64,000 nt of DNA. Origin: Bacteroidales bacterium. Its GTDB lineage: Bacteria > Bacteroidota > Bacteroidia > Bacteroidales > FEN-979. Within the stretch, counting starts at the first letter, position 1. Each line of letters starts with the position of its first letter. Below, in pieces: positions 54,457 to 62,773 of this stretch. The notes under the pieces are model-generated. The model was not told the origin of the DNA, searched no databases, and was given only the letters and a program-made list of their open reading frames with translations. The stretch covers positions 871 to 64,870 of the forward strand of contig JACZJJ010000039.1 in assembly GCA_014860625.1 (NCBI GenBank), given 5' to 3'. Position numbers and translations under genes: made by a program.

Positions 54457-54525
54457 GAAGCTGGAATTGAGTTACTCTTAGTTATCATCCGTAAATGTAA
54501 GAAATTTATTCCGCTCCAAAAAAAA

Positions 54526-54553
54526 CGTCTAACTTCTGACTTCTAACTTTTCT
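54526..54553. repeat. Phased 7-nt array (about 4 units, TTCTGAC/TTCTAAC)
   Basis: cgtctaac ttctgac ttctaac ttttcta g. It contains the stop codon of the ABC-2 permease gene and belongs to the same family (reverse orientation) as 56786-56897. Confidence 0.7.
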
Positions 54554-55727
54554 AGTGCCATTTAAAAAGCTTCAACCCCACGGTAAAGAAAACGACTCCT
54601 GTCAACGTCAGAATCAGGGAAGGGATTGCGGTTTGAGCAAATCCGGCTCCTTCAATGAAGATACTCCGGATGCCGTCGGCCAGCATAGTGAGTGGCAGGG
54701 GTTGAATGATCGGGATTGCCCAGTCGGGGAAATTGTGGTAGCTGAAGAAGATGCCGGAGAGGATCATCATGGGCATGCTCACCACATTGATAAAGGCATT
54801 TCCAATTTCGGTTTTAGAGGTATGGCAGGCCAGGAAGATCCCGATGCCGGAGAACGCGATATTCCCTGCCAGAAACAGAACTAACAGTGCGGGAATATTT
54901 CCCTGGATGGTGATCCCGAAAGCCAGCCAGGCGAAGAGCACGAGCAAAATTGCTTCGATCACATTCATCACCAGCCTTACGGTGATCATCGCTATCAGGT
55001 AGTTGGATCGCTTCATCGGAGTGGCAATCATCCGCCTGAGCAGCTTTTTCGATCTCGTATCAATAATATAGTATCCCAGTCCCCACAGGCAAGAGAACAT
55101 CACACCCATCGCAATCATCCCGGGGATCAGAAAATCGATGTAGCGGGTTCCAGTGACGGTGAGAACGTCAACTTCCGTCGCTGAAGCAGCACTCAGATCC
55201 TCTTCGTATCCTGGAGACTGGATCCTGGATGCTGGGTGCTGGGTGCTGGATGCTGGATCCTGGATCTCAGATCCCAGATCGCGTATCCCGTATCCCGTAT
55301 CCCGATTCAGATCCCTAGCTGGGATTTGGTTCAGGACAGGTGCCATCCTTACATATGTCAACTGGGCATCGGGATTCATCGGGTCAAAATGATACCTGTA
55401 CCCACTGTCTCCGATGGTAACTGCCACATTCACATGCCCCCGTTTGAGCTGAACCATGGCCGCTTCCCAGGGCATCTTCTCCAGTTGGAAGGTGGTGTTT
55501 CCCAGTTTATCATCCTTCAACACGATGGAATATGTTCCGGTGTCGGCTGAAATCAGTGCCACATGTCTGACACTTTCTGGTTTACGGGTAAAGGCCAGTC
55601 CAAGTCCGATCGACATCAGGATAGGAAAGCCAATACCCCAGAACAGTACCCCCGGCTCCCGAACCTTTTCCAGAACATTTGCCAGGATAAGCTGCCACAA
55701 TTGGTTATTCCTGATCCTGTCAATCAT
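54552..55727 (-). CDS. ABC-2 type transporter permease
   Basis: An N-terminal TM helix, a large external loop, then 5 C-terminal TM helices (ABC2_membrane pattern). It overlaps the ATPase gene by 8 nt. The loop contains an in-frame 7-nt array. Confidence 0.8.
   Translation of the reverse strand: MIDRIRNNQLWQLILANVLEKVREPGVLFWGIGFPILMSIGLGLAFTRKPESVRHVALISADTGTYSIVLKDDKLGNTTFQLEKMPWEAAMVQLKRGHVNVAVTIGDSGYRYHFDPMNPDAQLTYVRMAPVLNQIPARDLNRDTGYGIRDLGSEIQDPASSTQHPASRIQSPGYEEDLSAASATEVDVLTVTGTRYIDFLIPGMIAMGVMFSCLWGLGYYIIDTRSKKLLRRMIATPMKRSNYLIAMITVRLVMNVIEAILLVLFAWLAFGITIQGNIPALLVLFLAGNIAFSGIGIFLACHTSKTEIGNAFINVVSMPMMILSGIFFSYHNFPDWAIPIIQPLPLTMLADGIRSIFIEGAGFAQTAIPSLILTLTGVVFFTVGLKLFKWH
55208..55312. 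repeat. Phased 7-nt array, 15 units (105 nt), in frame inside the ABC-2 permease loop
   Basis: tcctgga gactgga tcctgga tgctggg tgctggg tgctgga tgctgga tcctgga tctcaga tcccaga tcgcgta tcccgta tcccgta tcccgat tcagatc. It is read as DTGYGIR DLGSEIQ DPASSTQ HPASRIQ SPGYEED. Confidence 0.9.
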
Positions 55728-56457
55728 GCAACCTCCTTCCGGTCAAAGCAGTGAAGAGGTCATCCAGAGTTTTAAGTGAGGCGTCTTCTCCCAAAAGATC
55801 TTCCATCGTCCCCTCTTTCAGGATCTTTCCTTCATCGATGATCACGATCTGTTCGCAAAGCTGTTCCGCCTCCTCCATGTAATGGGTAGTGAGGATCATC
55901 GACGTATCAGAAGATTTACGGAGGTTTCGCAGGATCTCCCAGATCTCTCGGCGGGCGTTGGGATCCAGTCCGGTTGTAGGTTCATCGAGGAGAAGGATCC
56001 GGGGAAGGTTGATCAGGGCAATTCCGAGAGCAAGGCGCTGACGCTGTCCGCCCGAAAGGTTGACTGTATAAGCTTTGCGCTTCTCTTCCAGTCCGACGAG
56101 ATGGAGGACCTCCTCTACCCGTTCTTTGCCCAGACCGAAAAAGCTGCCGAAAAGCCGTAACGTTTCATAGGTTGTCAGCTTTTCAATGTAACGTGTCTCC
56201 TGCAGCGAGAGCCCGATCACCTGACGGAGCTCTTTTTCGTTCCCTTTCCAGGGCTTCCCGAGAATCCGGATCTCTCCCCGGTCGGGTTTCTGGATCCCTT
56301 CGATCATCTCCACCAGTGTGGTTTTGCCAGCGCCGTTTGGGCCAAGCAGAGCTACGAACTGTCCGGGCATGATCGTCAGGCTCACACCCTGCACTGCCTG
56401 AACAGTTTTGAAGGACTTGAAGACGTTCCTGACTTCGATGACGGGAGAGGGGGACAT
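55720..56457 (-). CDS. ABC transporter ATP-binding protein
   Basis: Walker A GPNGAGKTT, signature LSGGQRQRL, Walker B LLLDEPT. Confidence 0.9.
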   Translation of the reverse strand: MSPSPVIEVRNVFKSFKTVQAVQGVSLTIMPGQFVALLGPNGAGKTTLVEMIEGIQKPDRGEIRILGKPWKGNEKELRQVIGLSLQETRYIEKLTTYETLRLFGSFFGLGKERVEEVLHLVGLEEKRKAYTVNLSGGQRQRLALGIALINLPRILLLDEPTTGLDPNARREIWEILRNLRKSSDTSMILTTHYMEEAEQLCEQIVIIDEGKILKEGTMEDLLGEDASLKTLDDLFTALTGRRLHD

Positions 56458-56461
56458 GGTA

Positions 56462-56469
56462 CAAAGATA
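56462..56469 (-). promoter_or_regulatory. -7 box (TATCTTTG on the minus strand) only 4 nt from the ABC ATPase ATG
   Basis: Plus-strand caaagata at 56462-56469, with the ATG at 56457. This implies a leaderless or near-leaderless mRNA. Confidence 0.4.
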
Positions 56470-56542
56470 ACACGAAAGTTAGATGTCAATAAAAATTGTA
56501 AATTGCTCCTCAAACATTGATCTGTTTTTAACCAGAATTTCC

Positions 56543-56803
56543 ATGGAAAAGAGTAAAAAGTTTTGCCAGAGTTGCGGGATGCCACTCAGCAAGGACGAAC
56601 GGGGCGGCGGTACCGAAGCCGACGGGTCAAAAAGTGTTAAGTACTGTTCGCATTGTTATGAGAAAGGCAAGTTCACACTCCCCGACATCACTGCACAAGG
56701 CATGAAGGAGCGGGTGAAGGAAAAGATGTCGGAGATGGGATATTCGCCACTTGTGGCATGGTTCTTCACATTTAATATTCCGAAGCTGGAGAGGTGGAGA
56801 TAA
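56543..56803 (+). CDS. Small zinc-ribbon domain protein
   Basis: MEKSKKFCQSCGMPL...KYCSHCYEKGKF has two CxxC pairs, the pattern of the 'putative zinc ribbon' family. The last residues (..KLERWR*) run into the array. Confidence 0.6.
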   Translation: MEKSKKFCQSCGMPLSKDERGGGTEADGSKSVKYCSHCYEKGKFTLPDITAQGMKERVKEKMSEMGYSPLVAWFFTFNIPKLERWR

Positions 56804-56897
56804 AGGCAGAGGTCAGAAGTTAGAAGTCAGAACTGGAAGTACGAAGGACGAGGGACGAGGGACGAATTCGACTACGAAGTTAGAACGTAGAAGTAAT
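56786..56897. repeat. Phased 7-nt array, about 16 units (NAGAAGT / CGAGGGA families)
   Basis: ctggaga ggtggag ataaagg cagaggt cagaagt tagaagt cagaact ggaagta cgaagga cgaggga cgaggga cgaattc gactacg aagttag aacgtag aagtaat. It lies in a convergent spacer. Confidence 0.9.
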
Positions 56898-56935
56898 TTC
56901 CTTGGCGATCTTTGGGGTTTAAAGGAAAAGTATAA

Positions 56936-57652
56936 TTATCCTTCAATTGAAAACCTCCAGGCACAGAAATATTCGGCAGGGTGCGGATCAGGCGGACAGG
57001 AGATGCATTCGGTTTTTATCCGCGGGTCGATGGTTTCGGCGAATGAGGTGTATTCAATGAGGCCACCCGACTTGCAGGGATAATCATCCAGCCCTTTGCG
57101 CTGCCTGGCAACCTGAACACGGCATTCATTCATCCGGAACATAAAACTGGTTTCGGACTCTTCAACAATGGATTGTTTGTTAATGGTAGCGTACAATCGG
57201 TATCCAAGGGCTTGTTTCAGTCCTTCGAGACCAGGCCGGTCACCAAGGTTCAGCAGCTGTTTGATGGATCTTGCCTCGAAAGGAGAAAACTGAGCCCAGC
57301 TGGAGTCGTTGCACCGTTTGGCATCAAACATCCCTTTTGAAAATTCTACGGCCTGGAACCAGACACCGTCATTTGCCAGCCAGTTTGCGGCAACTGCCTC
57401 TTTGAGCTCATCCAGTTTCCCGTCCGGCATCTCCAGGAGTGGCTTCGGGATATCGCCATCCATGTTAAAATCCAACACCTTCGCCAACCGTTTGAACTGG
57501 ATCTCCCGGCTCTTCTCATAAGCTACCTGCAGGATCTCCCATGCTTTTTCTCTGCCGTACTGATGGATCACCTCGCTGTACCAGATGGCATGATGCATCA
57601 TGGTCCGGTGCCAGAAATCTATGATCAGGCGAATTGTCTCTCTTTTATCCAT
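56936..57652 (-). CDS. Hypothetical cytoplasmic protein with a C-terminal Cys cluster
   Basis: 238-aa ORF with no signal peptide. C-terminal Cys residues: ECRVQ...YPCKSGG...ECISCPPDPHPAEYFCAW. I cannot assign a family with confidence. Confidence 0.5.
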   Translation of the reverse strand: MDKRETIRLIIDFWHRTMMHHAIWYSEVIHQYGREKAWEILQVAYEKSREIQFKRLAKVLDFNMDGDIPKPLLEMPDGKLDELKEAVAANWLANDGVWFQAVEFSKGMFDAKRCNDSSWAQFSPFEARSIKQLLNLGDRPGLEGLKQALGYRLYATINKQSIVEESETSFMFRMNECRVQVARQRKGLDDYPCKSGGLIEYTSFAETIDPRIKTECISCPPDPHPAEYFCAWRFSIEG

Positions 57653-57704
57653 TGCTTAATGCGGCTGTATCTGCTTTTGGTTGTTTTTGCTAAAATACAA
57701 ATTT

Positions 57705-57760
57705 AAGTTAGAGGTCAGAAGTTAGAACTGGAAGTACAAAGTATGAAGATAGAAGTAAAT
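57705..57760. repeat. Phased 7-nt array (about 8 units), a direct copy of part of 56786-56897
   Basis: aagttag aggtcag aagttag aactgga agtacaa agtatga agataga agtaaat. Segment 57711-57741 equals 56809-56846 minus one 7-nt unit and with one substitution. Confidence 0.9.
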
Positions 57761-57823
57761 ACTACGTGTTTCCCGTAGTTCAATTTCCGTAATCACTCTA
57801 TTGTACTGCTTTTCATGAGCATC

Positions 57824-57831
57824 TACATTTG
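57824..57831 (+). promoter_or_regulatory. -7 box (TACATTTG) for the OMP-amtB operon
   Basis: It lies 26 nt upstream of the ATG at 57858. Confidence 0.5.
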
Positions 57832-57857
57832 TCCTGTTAACAAATAAACAGATCATC

Positions 57858-58637
57858 ATGAAAAGAAATTCCCTTTTACTAATGTTTCTGATCCTGTTAT
57901 TCTCGGCAGGATTGAACCAGGTGCAGTCCCAGTCAACCGTATCGTTCGGGGCTGACCTGATGAGCCGCTACATCTGGCGCGGTCTCGATGTGGGTGGACC
58001 CTCCCCCAGCATCCAACCCTCCCTGGCCTATAACTTCACCTCCAAGAACGGGGTTCACTCCCTCTCGGTTGGGGCCTGGGGAGCCTACACCTTTTCGGGC
58101 ACTGCCAATGAGGAGGTCGACCTCTTTGTCAGCTACACCCTGTTTGACATGGTGTCGTTGACCGTTACCGACTACTTCTTCCCGGGATTGAACACGGGAG
58201 AGAAGAACAACTACTTTGTCTACTCCCCCGACAGCACCGGGCATGTGTTTGAAGGAATGATCAGCTTCAATGGCACAAAAAAGATCCCGGTTACCCTCCT
58301 CTTTGCCATGAATTTTTACGGGAATGATGCCCGGAAGATGAAGAATGACAGCGTTCAGGGTGACATCATCATGTCTAAATACCTGGAGCTTGGTTTTATC
58401 CACAGTTTCAACTTCTTTGATTTTAAAGCCTTCATCGGCGCGGCGCTGGATAAGCCGGATACAAAGTTTGCTCCCCTGGGATATTATGGCAATAAAGAGG
58501 CTGGGATCATCAACATTGGCATCAAGGCATCCAAGGAGATTCAAATCACCGAAAAATTTTCACTTCCGGTGCAGTGCCAACTGATCACCAACCCGATGTT
58601 GCAGAAAATCTACTTTGTCTTCGGTATAACGATTTAG
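57858..58637 (+). CDS. Hypothetical outer-membrane beta-barrel protein upstream of amtB
   Basis: Signal peptide MKRNSLLLMFLILLFSAGLNQVQSQ, alternating beta-strand pattern and aromatic-rich strand ends. Confidence 0.5.
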   Translation: MKRNSLLLMFLILLFSAGLNQVQSQSTVSFGADLMSRYIWRGLDVGGPSPSIQPSLAYNFTSKNGVHSLSVGAWGAYTFSGTANEEVDLFVSYTLFDMVSLTVTDYFFPGLNTGEKNNYFVYSPDSTGHVFEGMISFNGTKKIPVTLLFAMNFYGNDARKMKNDSVQGDIIMSKYLELGFIHSFNFFDFKAFIGAALDKPDTKFAPLGYYGNKEAGIINIGIKASKEIQITEKFSLPVQCQLITNPMLQKIYFVFGITI

Positions 58638-58663
58638 TCATTCATTTTTAAACACAACAATTT

Positions 58664-59923
58664 ATGGTACTTAACACAATTCTACTTCAGGCCGTGACAT
58701 CCGGCCTGGACACCGGATCAACCGGTTTTATGTTGCTGGCTACCAGCCTGGTGATGCTGATGACTCCCGGACTGGCCTTTTTCTACGGAGGATTGGCTAC
58801 CCGTCGGAACATTCTGGGTATCATGATTCAGAGCTTTGTCTCCCTCGGGTGGACCACTGTTCTCTGGATCTTTTTCGGTTATTCGCTCTGCTTCTCCGGT
58901 GGGGAAGGCGGAATCATCGGAAATTTTGACAAAGCCTTTTTAATGGGGATTGCACCTGACGCACTCTGGTCGGGCAACGGGAAAATCCCGGAGATGGTAT
59001 TTGTTGCTTACCAGATGATGTTTGCCATCATCACCCCCGCCCTCATCACAGGTGCCTTTGTGAACAGGGTATCATTTAAGTCTTACATGATTTTTCTCAC
59101 CGTTTGGCAGATCATGGTATACTACCCGTTTGTACATATGATCTGGGGTGGCGGACTTCTCGCCGAATGGGGTGTTCTTGATTTTGCCGGAGGAATTGTG
59201 GTTCACGCCACGGCTGGATTTGCTGCACTTGCATCCGTATTCTATGTCGGAGCCCGTGTCAACAAGAGTTCTGTCCCAAACAGCATTCCCCTCGTTGCAA
59301 TCGGAAGCGGCCTCCTTTGGTTCGGATGGTACGGATTCAACGCCGGAAGTGAAGTGCAGGTCGATTTTATCACCTCAACTGCCTTCATCAATACCGATAT
59401 TGCCGCCTCTTTTGCCACCATCGCCTGGCTGATTGTGGAATGGACCCGGGAGCGAAAACCTAAGTTCGTCGGACTTCTCACAGGGGGCATCGCCGGATTG
59501 GCGACCATCACGCCGTGTGCCGGATTTGTCCCGGTGTGGGCTGCTCCCATTATTGGAACGGCTGCTGGTCTTGTCTGTTACCTGGCCGTTCAGTGGAAAA
59601 ACAAGATGCAGTGGGATGATGCCCTCGATGTGTGGGGTGTGCACGGAGTTGGAGGTGTTTTGGGAACAATCCTACTGGGTGTCTTCGCTTCAACAGCAGT
59701 CAACCCGGCCGGTGCCGATGGATTGATTTTCGGGGGAGGGTCCTTCCTTCTGAAACAGATCGTTGCTGTTGTAGTAGCATCAGCATACGCTTTTATTTTC
59801 ACCTACGTGATGCTGATGATCATCAACCTCATCGCCAAAGTAAAGGTGACACCCGAACATGAGCATCTGGGTCTGGATGAGGCCCTGCACGGGGAGAGAG
59901 CCTACGACGAAGGGGTTCTTTAA
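58664..59923 (+). CDS. amtB: Ammonium transporter
   Basis: FAGGIVVHATAGFAAL and DDALDVWGVHGVGGVLG (twin-His region), 11 TM helices, 419 aa. Confidence 0.95.
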   Translation: MVLNTILLQAVTSGLDTGSTGFMLLATSLVMLMTPGLAFFYGGLATRRNILGIMIQSFVSLGWTTVLWIFFGYSLCFSGGEGGIIGNFDKAFLMGIAPDALWSGNGKIPEMVFVAYQMMFAIITPALITGAFVNRVSFKSYMIFLTVWQIMVYYPFVHMIWGGGLLAEWGVLDFAGGIVVHATAGFAALASVFYVGARVNKSSVPNSIPLVAIGSGLLWFGWYGFNAGSEVQVDFITSTAFINTDIAASFATIAWLIVEWTRERKPKFVGLLTGGIAGLATITPCAGFVPVWAAPIIGTAAGLVCYLAVQWKNKMQWDDALDVWGVHGVGGVLGTILLGVFASTAVNPAGADGLIFGGGSFLLKQIVAVVVASAYAFIFTYVMLMIINLIAKVKVTPEHEHLGLDEALHGERAYDEGVL

Positions 59924-59932
59924 TAAAATTGG

Positions 59933-60016
59933 GTTCTCGCTGATTTTCGCTGATTAATTCGCAAATTTTCGCAGAAATTTGAAATGATTACCGATCATCA
60001 GCGAGAACTATTTTTT
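59933..60016 (+). terminator. Long hairpin closed by a perfect 12-bp inverted repeat, enclosing a ~10-nt periodic array, followed by T6
   Basis: gttctcgctgat (59933-59944) pairs with atcagcgagaac (59997-60008). The loop reads ttctcgctga ttttcgctga ttaattcgca aattttcgca gaaatttgaa... It is followed by ctatttttt. Confidence 0.5.
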
Positions 60017-60054
60017 CCCGGAGTACCAGCCTGTCAATGATTATCTTTGCCCCG

Positions 60055-61845
60055 ATGAACTTTTTCAGGAAGTCGATAGTCAGGAAGCTGATGCTTCTCT
60101 TTTTCATTGTCGGGATCACCTCCCTGTCGCTGATTGGCATCTACTCCTATTACAAAGCTAAGAAGGCGATCCTCCAGCGGACACTCGATCAGCTGACCTC
60201 CATCCGGGTGATGAAGAAATCGCAGGTGGAATTTTTCTTCAGCGAACGGATGAAATCGCTTGACCTGATCTCCCGGTCGGCGGCCATCAGGGAGGCTTTG
60301 GATCTGTTAAACTCGCACAATCATCCTCCCTGGCCGAAAGCCATACCCCTTGATAAGAGCAAAGCTCCCATGGACACCCTTGTTTTCAGTCTCGGTGCGT
60401 TGTATTCGATCTCCTCATCAGGGGAGAGCGGAACAGCCTGCTATGAACTGACCGACTCCAGTTGGGTATTGTCGGAGAACAGCATGGTGGATAAGCAATT
60501 GGACAAATTATCTCAAATCGTTGCAAAAAATCACAGGGAGGGGATCATGGATCTCGCATCCAGGTTTCCCGGCGACACCCTTCCTGTCTGCTTCATTGGT
60601 GCTCCAGTTACTGCCGCGAGTGGAGAAGAGATAGGGATGCTGTCATTGGAGATATCTATCCGGGAGATAGACAACATCATGCTGGAGAAGAGCAGCGAAA
60701 ACGGACTGGGTGAATCGGGGGAGGCTTATCTGGTTGGTGAAGACCTGCTGATGCGCAGCAACTCACGCTTTATCCCCAACTCTGTTTTGCTGATTCCGGT
60801 AAACACAACGAGCGTTCAAAATGCTTTCAGCAACCAGACGGGGTCGGCCATCATTGACGACTACCGCACGATTCCCTGTCTGAGCTCCTTTTCAAAACTT
60901 GATGTTCCAGGACTGAACTGGGTAATTATGGCCGAAATTGATTACCGGGAAGCCATGATCCCGATCATCTCCATCCGAAACGACCTGTTGCTGATTGCCC
61001 TGATCGTATCCGTCTTCATCTTTTCCATGGCACAGATCATTTCACGAACGATCACCCAGCCGATCATCCGGCTTAAAAACGCAGCCCTGCAGATCGGACA
61101 GGGAAAATTTGACACAGAGGTCGACATCCATGGCAACGATGAGATCAGCTTGCTTTCGCACACCTTCAACGACATGACGAGCCAGCTTGAACAGGAACGA
61201 AACAGCCGTATGACTGCCTTGTATGACGGGCAGGAACTGGAGAGGCAGCGGATCTCACGGGAACTGCACGACGGCCTCGGTCAGTTGCTTGTAGCCCTGA
61301 AGATCCGGTTTGAAAACTACAACTCCCAATGCAAGGAGGAGGACGCCGGAGCCATTTCAGAGCTCCGAAACGATTTTTCCCGGACACTGGAAGAGGTGCG
61401 CCGGGTTTCGTATGATTTAGCCCCCGCCGGCATCAGGGAATTCGGACTGGATGGATCCCTGGGATTATTTAGCAAGGAGATCCGGGAAGGCGTGGGGATC
61501 GATATCGATTTTGCCTCCTTCGGAAAATTTGACGGGATGAGCCTGAAGGCGCGAAACTACCTCTTCAGGATTACGCAGGAAGCGGTGACAAACGCCATCC
61601 GGCACGGCAAAGCCGAACGGATTGAGATCAACCTGAATGAAGGGGCTGAAAACTGGATCCTCATGATCGGCGACAACGGGTGCGGTTTCAATCCCGCTGA
61701 GATCAGGACAGGGACGGGTCTTTACAACATACGTGAGAGGAGCCGGTTGCTTGGCGGGACGTTCACTGTTGAATCCTCCAATGAAAACGGCACAACATTA
61801 CGAATTAAAATTCCAAAAACCCTACAACAGGAATCATCACTATGA
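60055..61845 (+). CDS. Sensor histidine kinase (extracytoplasmic sensor domain, HAMP, HisKA_3, HATPase)
   Basis: Two TM segments flank a ~270-aa external domain. There is a HAMP-like segment, the H-box ISRELHDGLGQLL, and GDNGCGF / GTGLYNIRER ATPase boxes. The start could be ATG 60037 or 60055. TATCTTTG at 60042-60049 favours 60055 or later. Confidence 0.85.
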   Translation: MNFFRKSIVRKLMLLFFIVGITSLSLIGIYSYYKAKKAILQRTLDQLTSIRVMKKSQVEFFFSERMKSLDLISRSAAIREALDLLNSHNHPPWPKAIPLDKSKAPMDTLVFSLGALYSISSSGESGTACYELTDSSWVLSENSMVDKQLDKLSQIVAKNHREGIMDLASRFPGDTLPVCFIGAPVTAASGEEIGMLSLEISIREIDNIMLEKSSENGLGESGEAYLVGEDLLMRSNSRFIPNSVLLIPVNTTSVQNAFSNQTGSAIIDDYRTIPCLSSFSKLDVPGLNWVIMAEIDYREAMIPIISIRNDLLLIALIVSVFIFSMAQIISRTITQPIIRLKNAALQIGQGKFDTEVDIHGNDEISLLSHTFNDMTSQLEQERNSRMTALYDGQELERQRISRELHDGLGQLLVALKIRFENYNSQCKEEDAGAISELRNDFSRTLEEVRRVSYDLAPAGIREFGLDGSLGLFSKEIREGVGIDIDFASFGKFDGMSLKARNYLFRITQEAVTNAIRHGKAERIEINLNEGAENWILMIGDNGCGFNPAEIRTGTGLYNIRERSRLLGGTFTVESSNENGTTLRIKIPKTLQQESSL

Positions 61846-62504
61846 GCAGGATCAAAGTTCTCCTGGTTGACGATCACCAGATCATCACCAACGGCATCCA
61901 GATTATGCTGGAAGGGGTGGAAGAGGTAGACTGGCTGGGCAGCACCAATGATGCCGAAGAGGCCCTCAGGCTGGTAAAAGCCATGAAGCCGGATATCCTG
62001 ATCACCGACATCTCCATGCCCAAACTGAACGGCATCGAGATCACCCAGCGGATCAAAGAAGACAAGCTACAAACCAGGGTATTGATCCTCACCATGTACA
62101 CCTTCGAAGACTTTATCTTCAACGCCATCCAGGCGGGTGCAAACGGTGTATTGTCAAAACAGGATACCACGAAGGAAGTGTTACTGGAGGCCATCCGGGC
62201 GGTACACCTGGGCAACGACTACTTCAGCCCATCGGTATCGAAGCTGGTCATGCAATCAGCCATCAAAAATGTAAGGCATCAGTCGGCTCCCGACCTTTCT
62301 AAAGTTCCTTCCCTCACCCTCCGCGAAAAAGAGATCCTGCGTCTCTATGTGGAAGGATTCACCAACCAGGAGATCGGCGAAAAACTGAACATCAGTCCGC
62401 GCACCGTGGAGACCCACAAGAACAACATCATGCAGAAGTTCAACTTTAAGAGCACCGTGGAGATGGTGAAGTATGCGCTACGGAATAATCTGGTGGCGAT
62501 GTGA
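61842..62504 (+). CDS. NarL/LuxR-family response regulator
   Basis: Receiver domain (LLVDDH, ILITDISMP) plus a LuxR HTH (LTLREKEILRLYVEGFTNQEIGEKLNISPRTVETHKNNI). The ATGA overlaps the kinase stop. Confidence 0.9.
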   Translation: MSRIKVLLVDDHQIITNGIQIMLEGVEEVDWLGSTNDAEEALRLVKAMKPDILITDISMPKLNGIEITQRIKEDKLQTRVLILTMYTFEDFIFNAIQAGANGVLSKQDTTKEVLLEAIRAVHLGNDYFSPSVSKLVMQSAIKNVRHQSAPDLSKVPSLTLREKEILRLYVEGFTNQEIGEKLNISPRTVETHKNNIMQKFNFKSTVEMVKYALRNNLVAM

Positions 62505-62773
62505 CTGAGAAGCTACCGCTTCGAGGTGGCCACCATAACGATCAATTACGTGTTGATTATCGTAGCGGGGATATTAATCAGCATCTTCATTAGACGTAGT
62601 CAGCGCTTGGTAGTTTGAGGTACCTTCGAAACAGACAAATTTCTACCAATTTTGTCTGTTAGCAATCGGCAAATATGTAAATCCTATGAGGAAGTTTATC
62701 TTCCCATATGCAACAGCATGTAGGTATCGAAATTTTTGTAATTTTACTCTTTCGAACTTATCCCATACCCTGC

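Noticed and set aside
62505-62773. A small RNA or attenuator in the 270-nt gap before the carboxyltransferase gene (hairpin acagacaaa/tttgtctgt at 62631-62659, palindrome ggtggccacc).
   Set aside because: The hairpins are short with no T-run or conserved motif that I recognise, and no promoter box was found. I cannot support a feature call without expression or conservation data.
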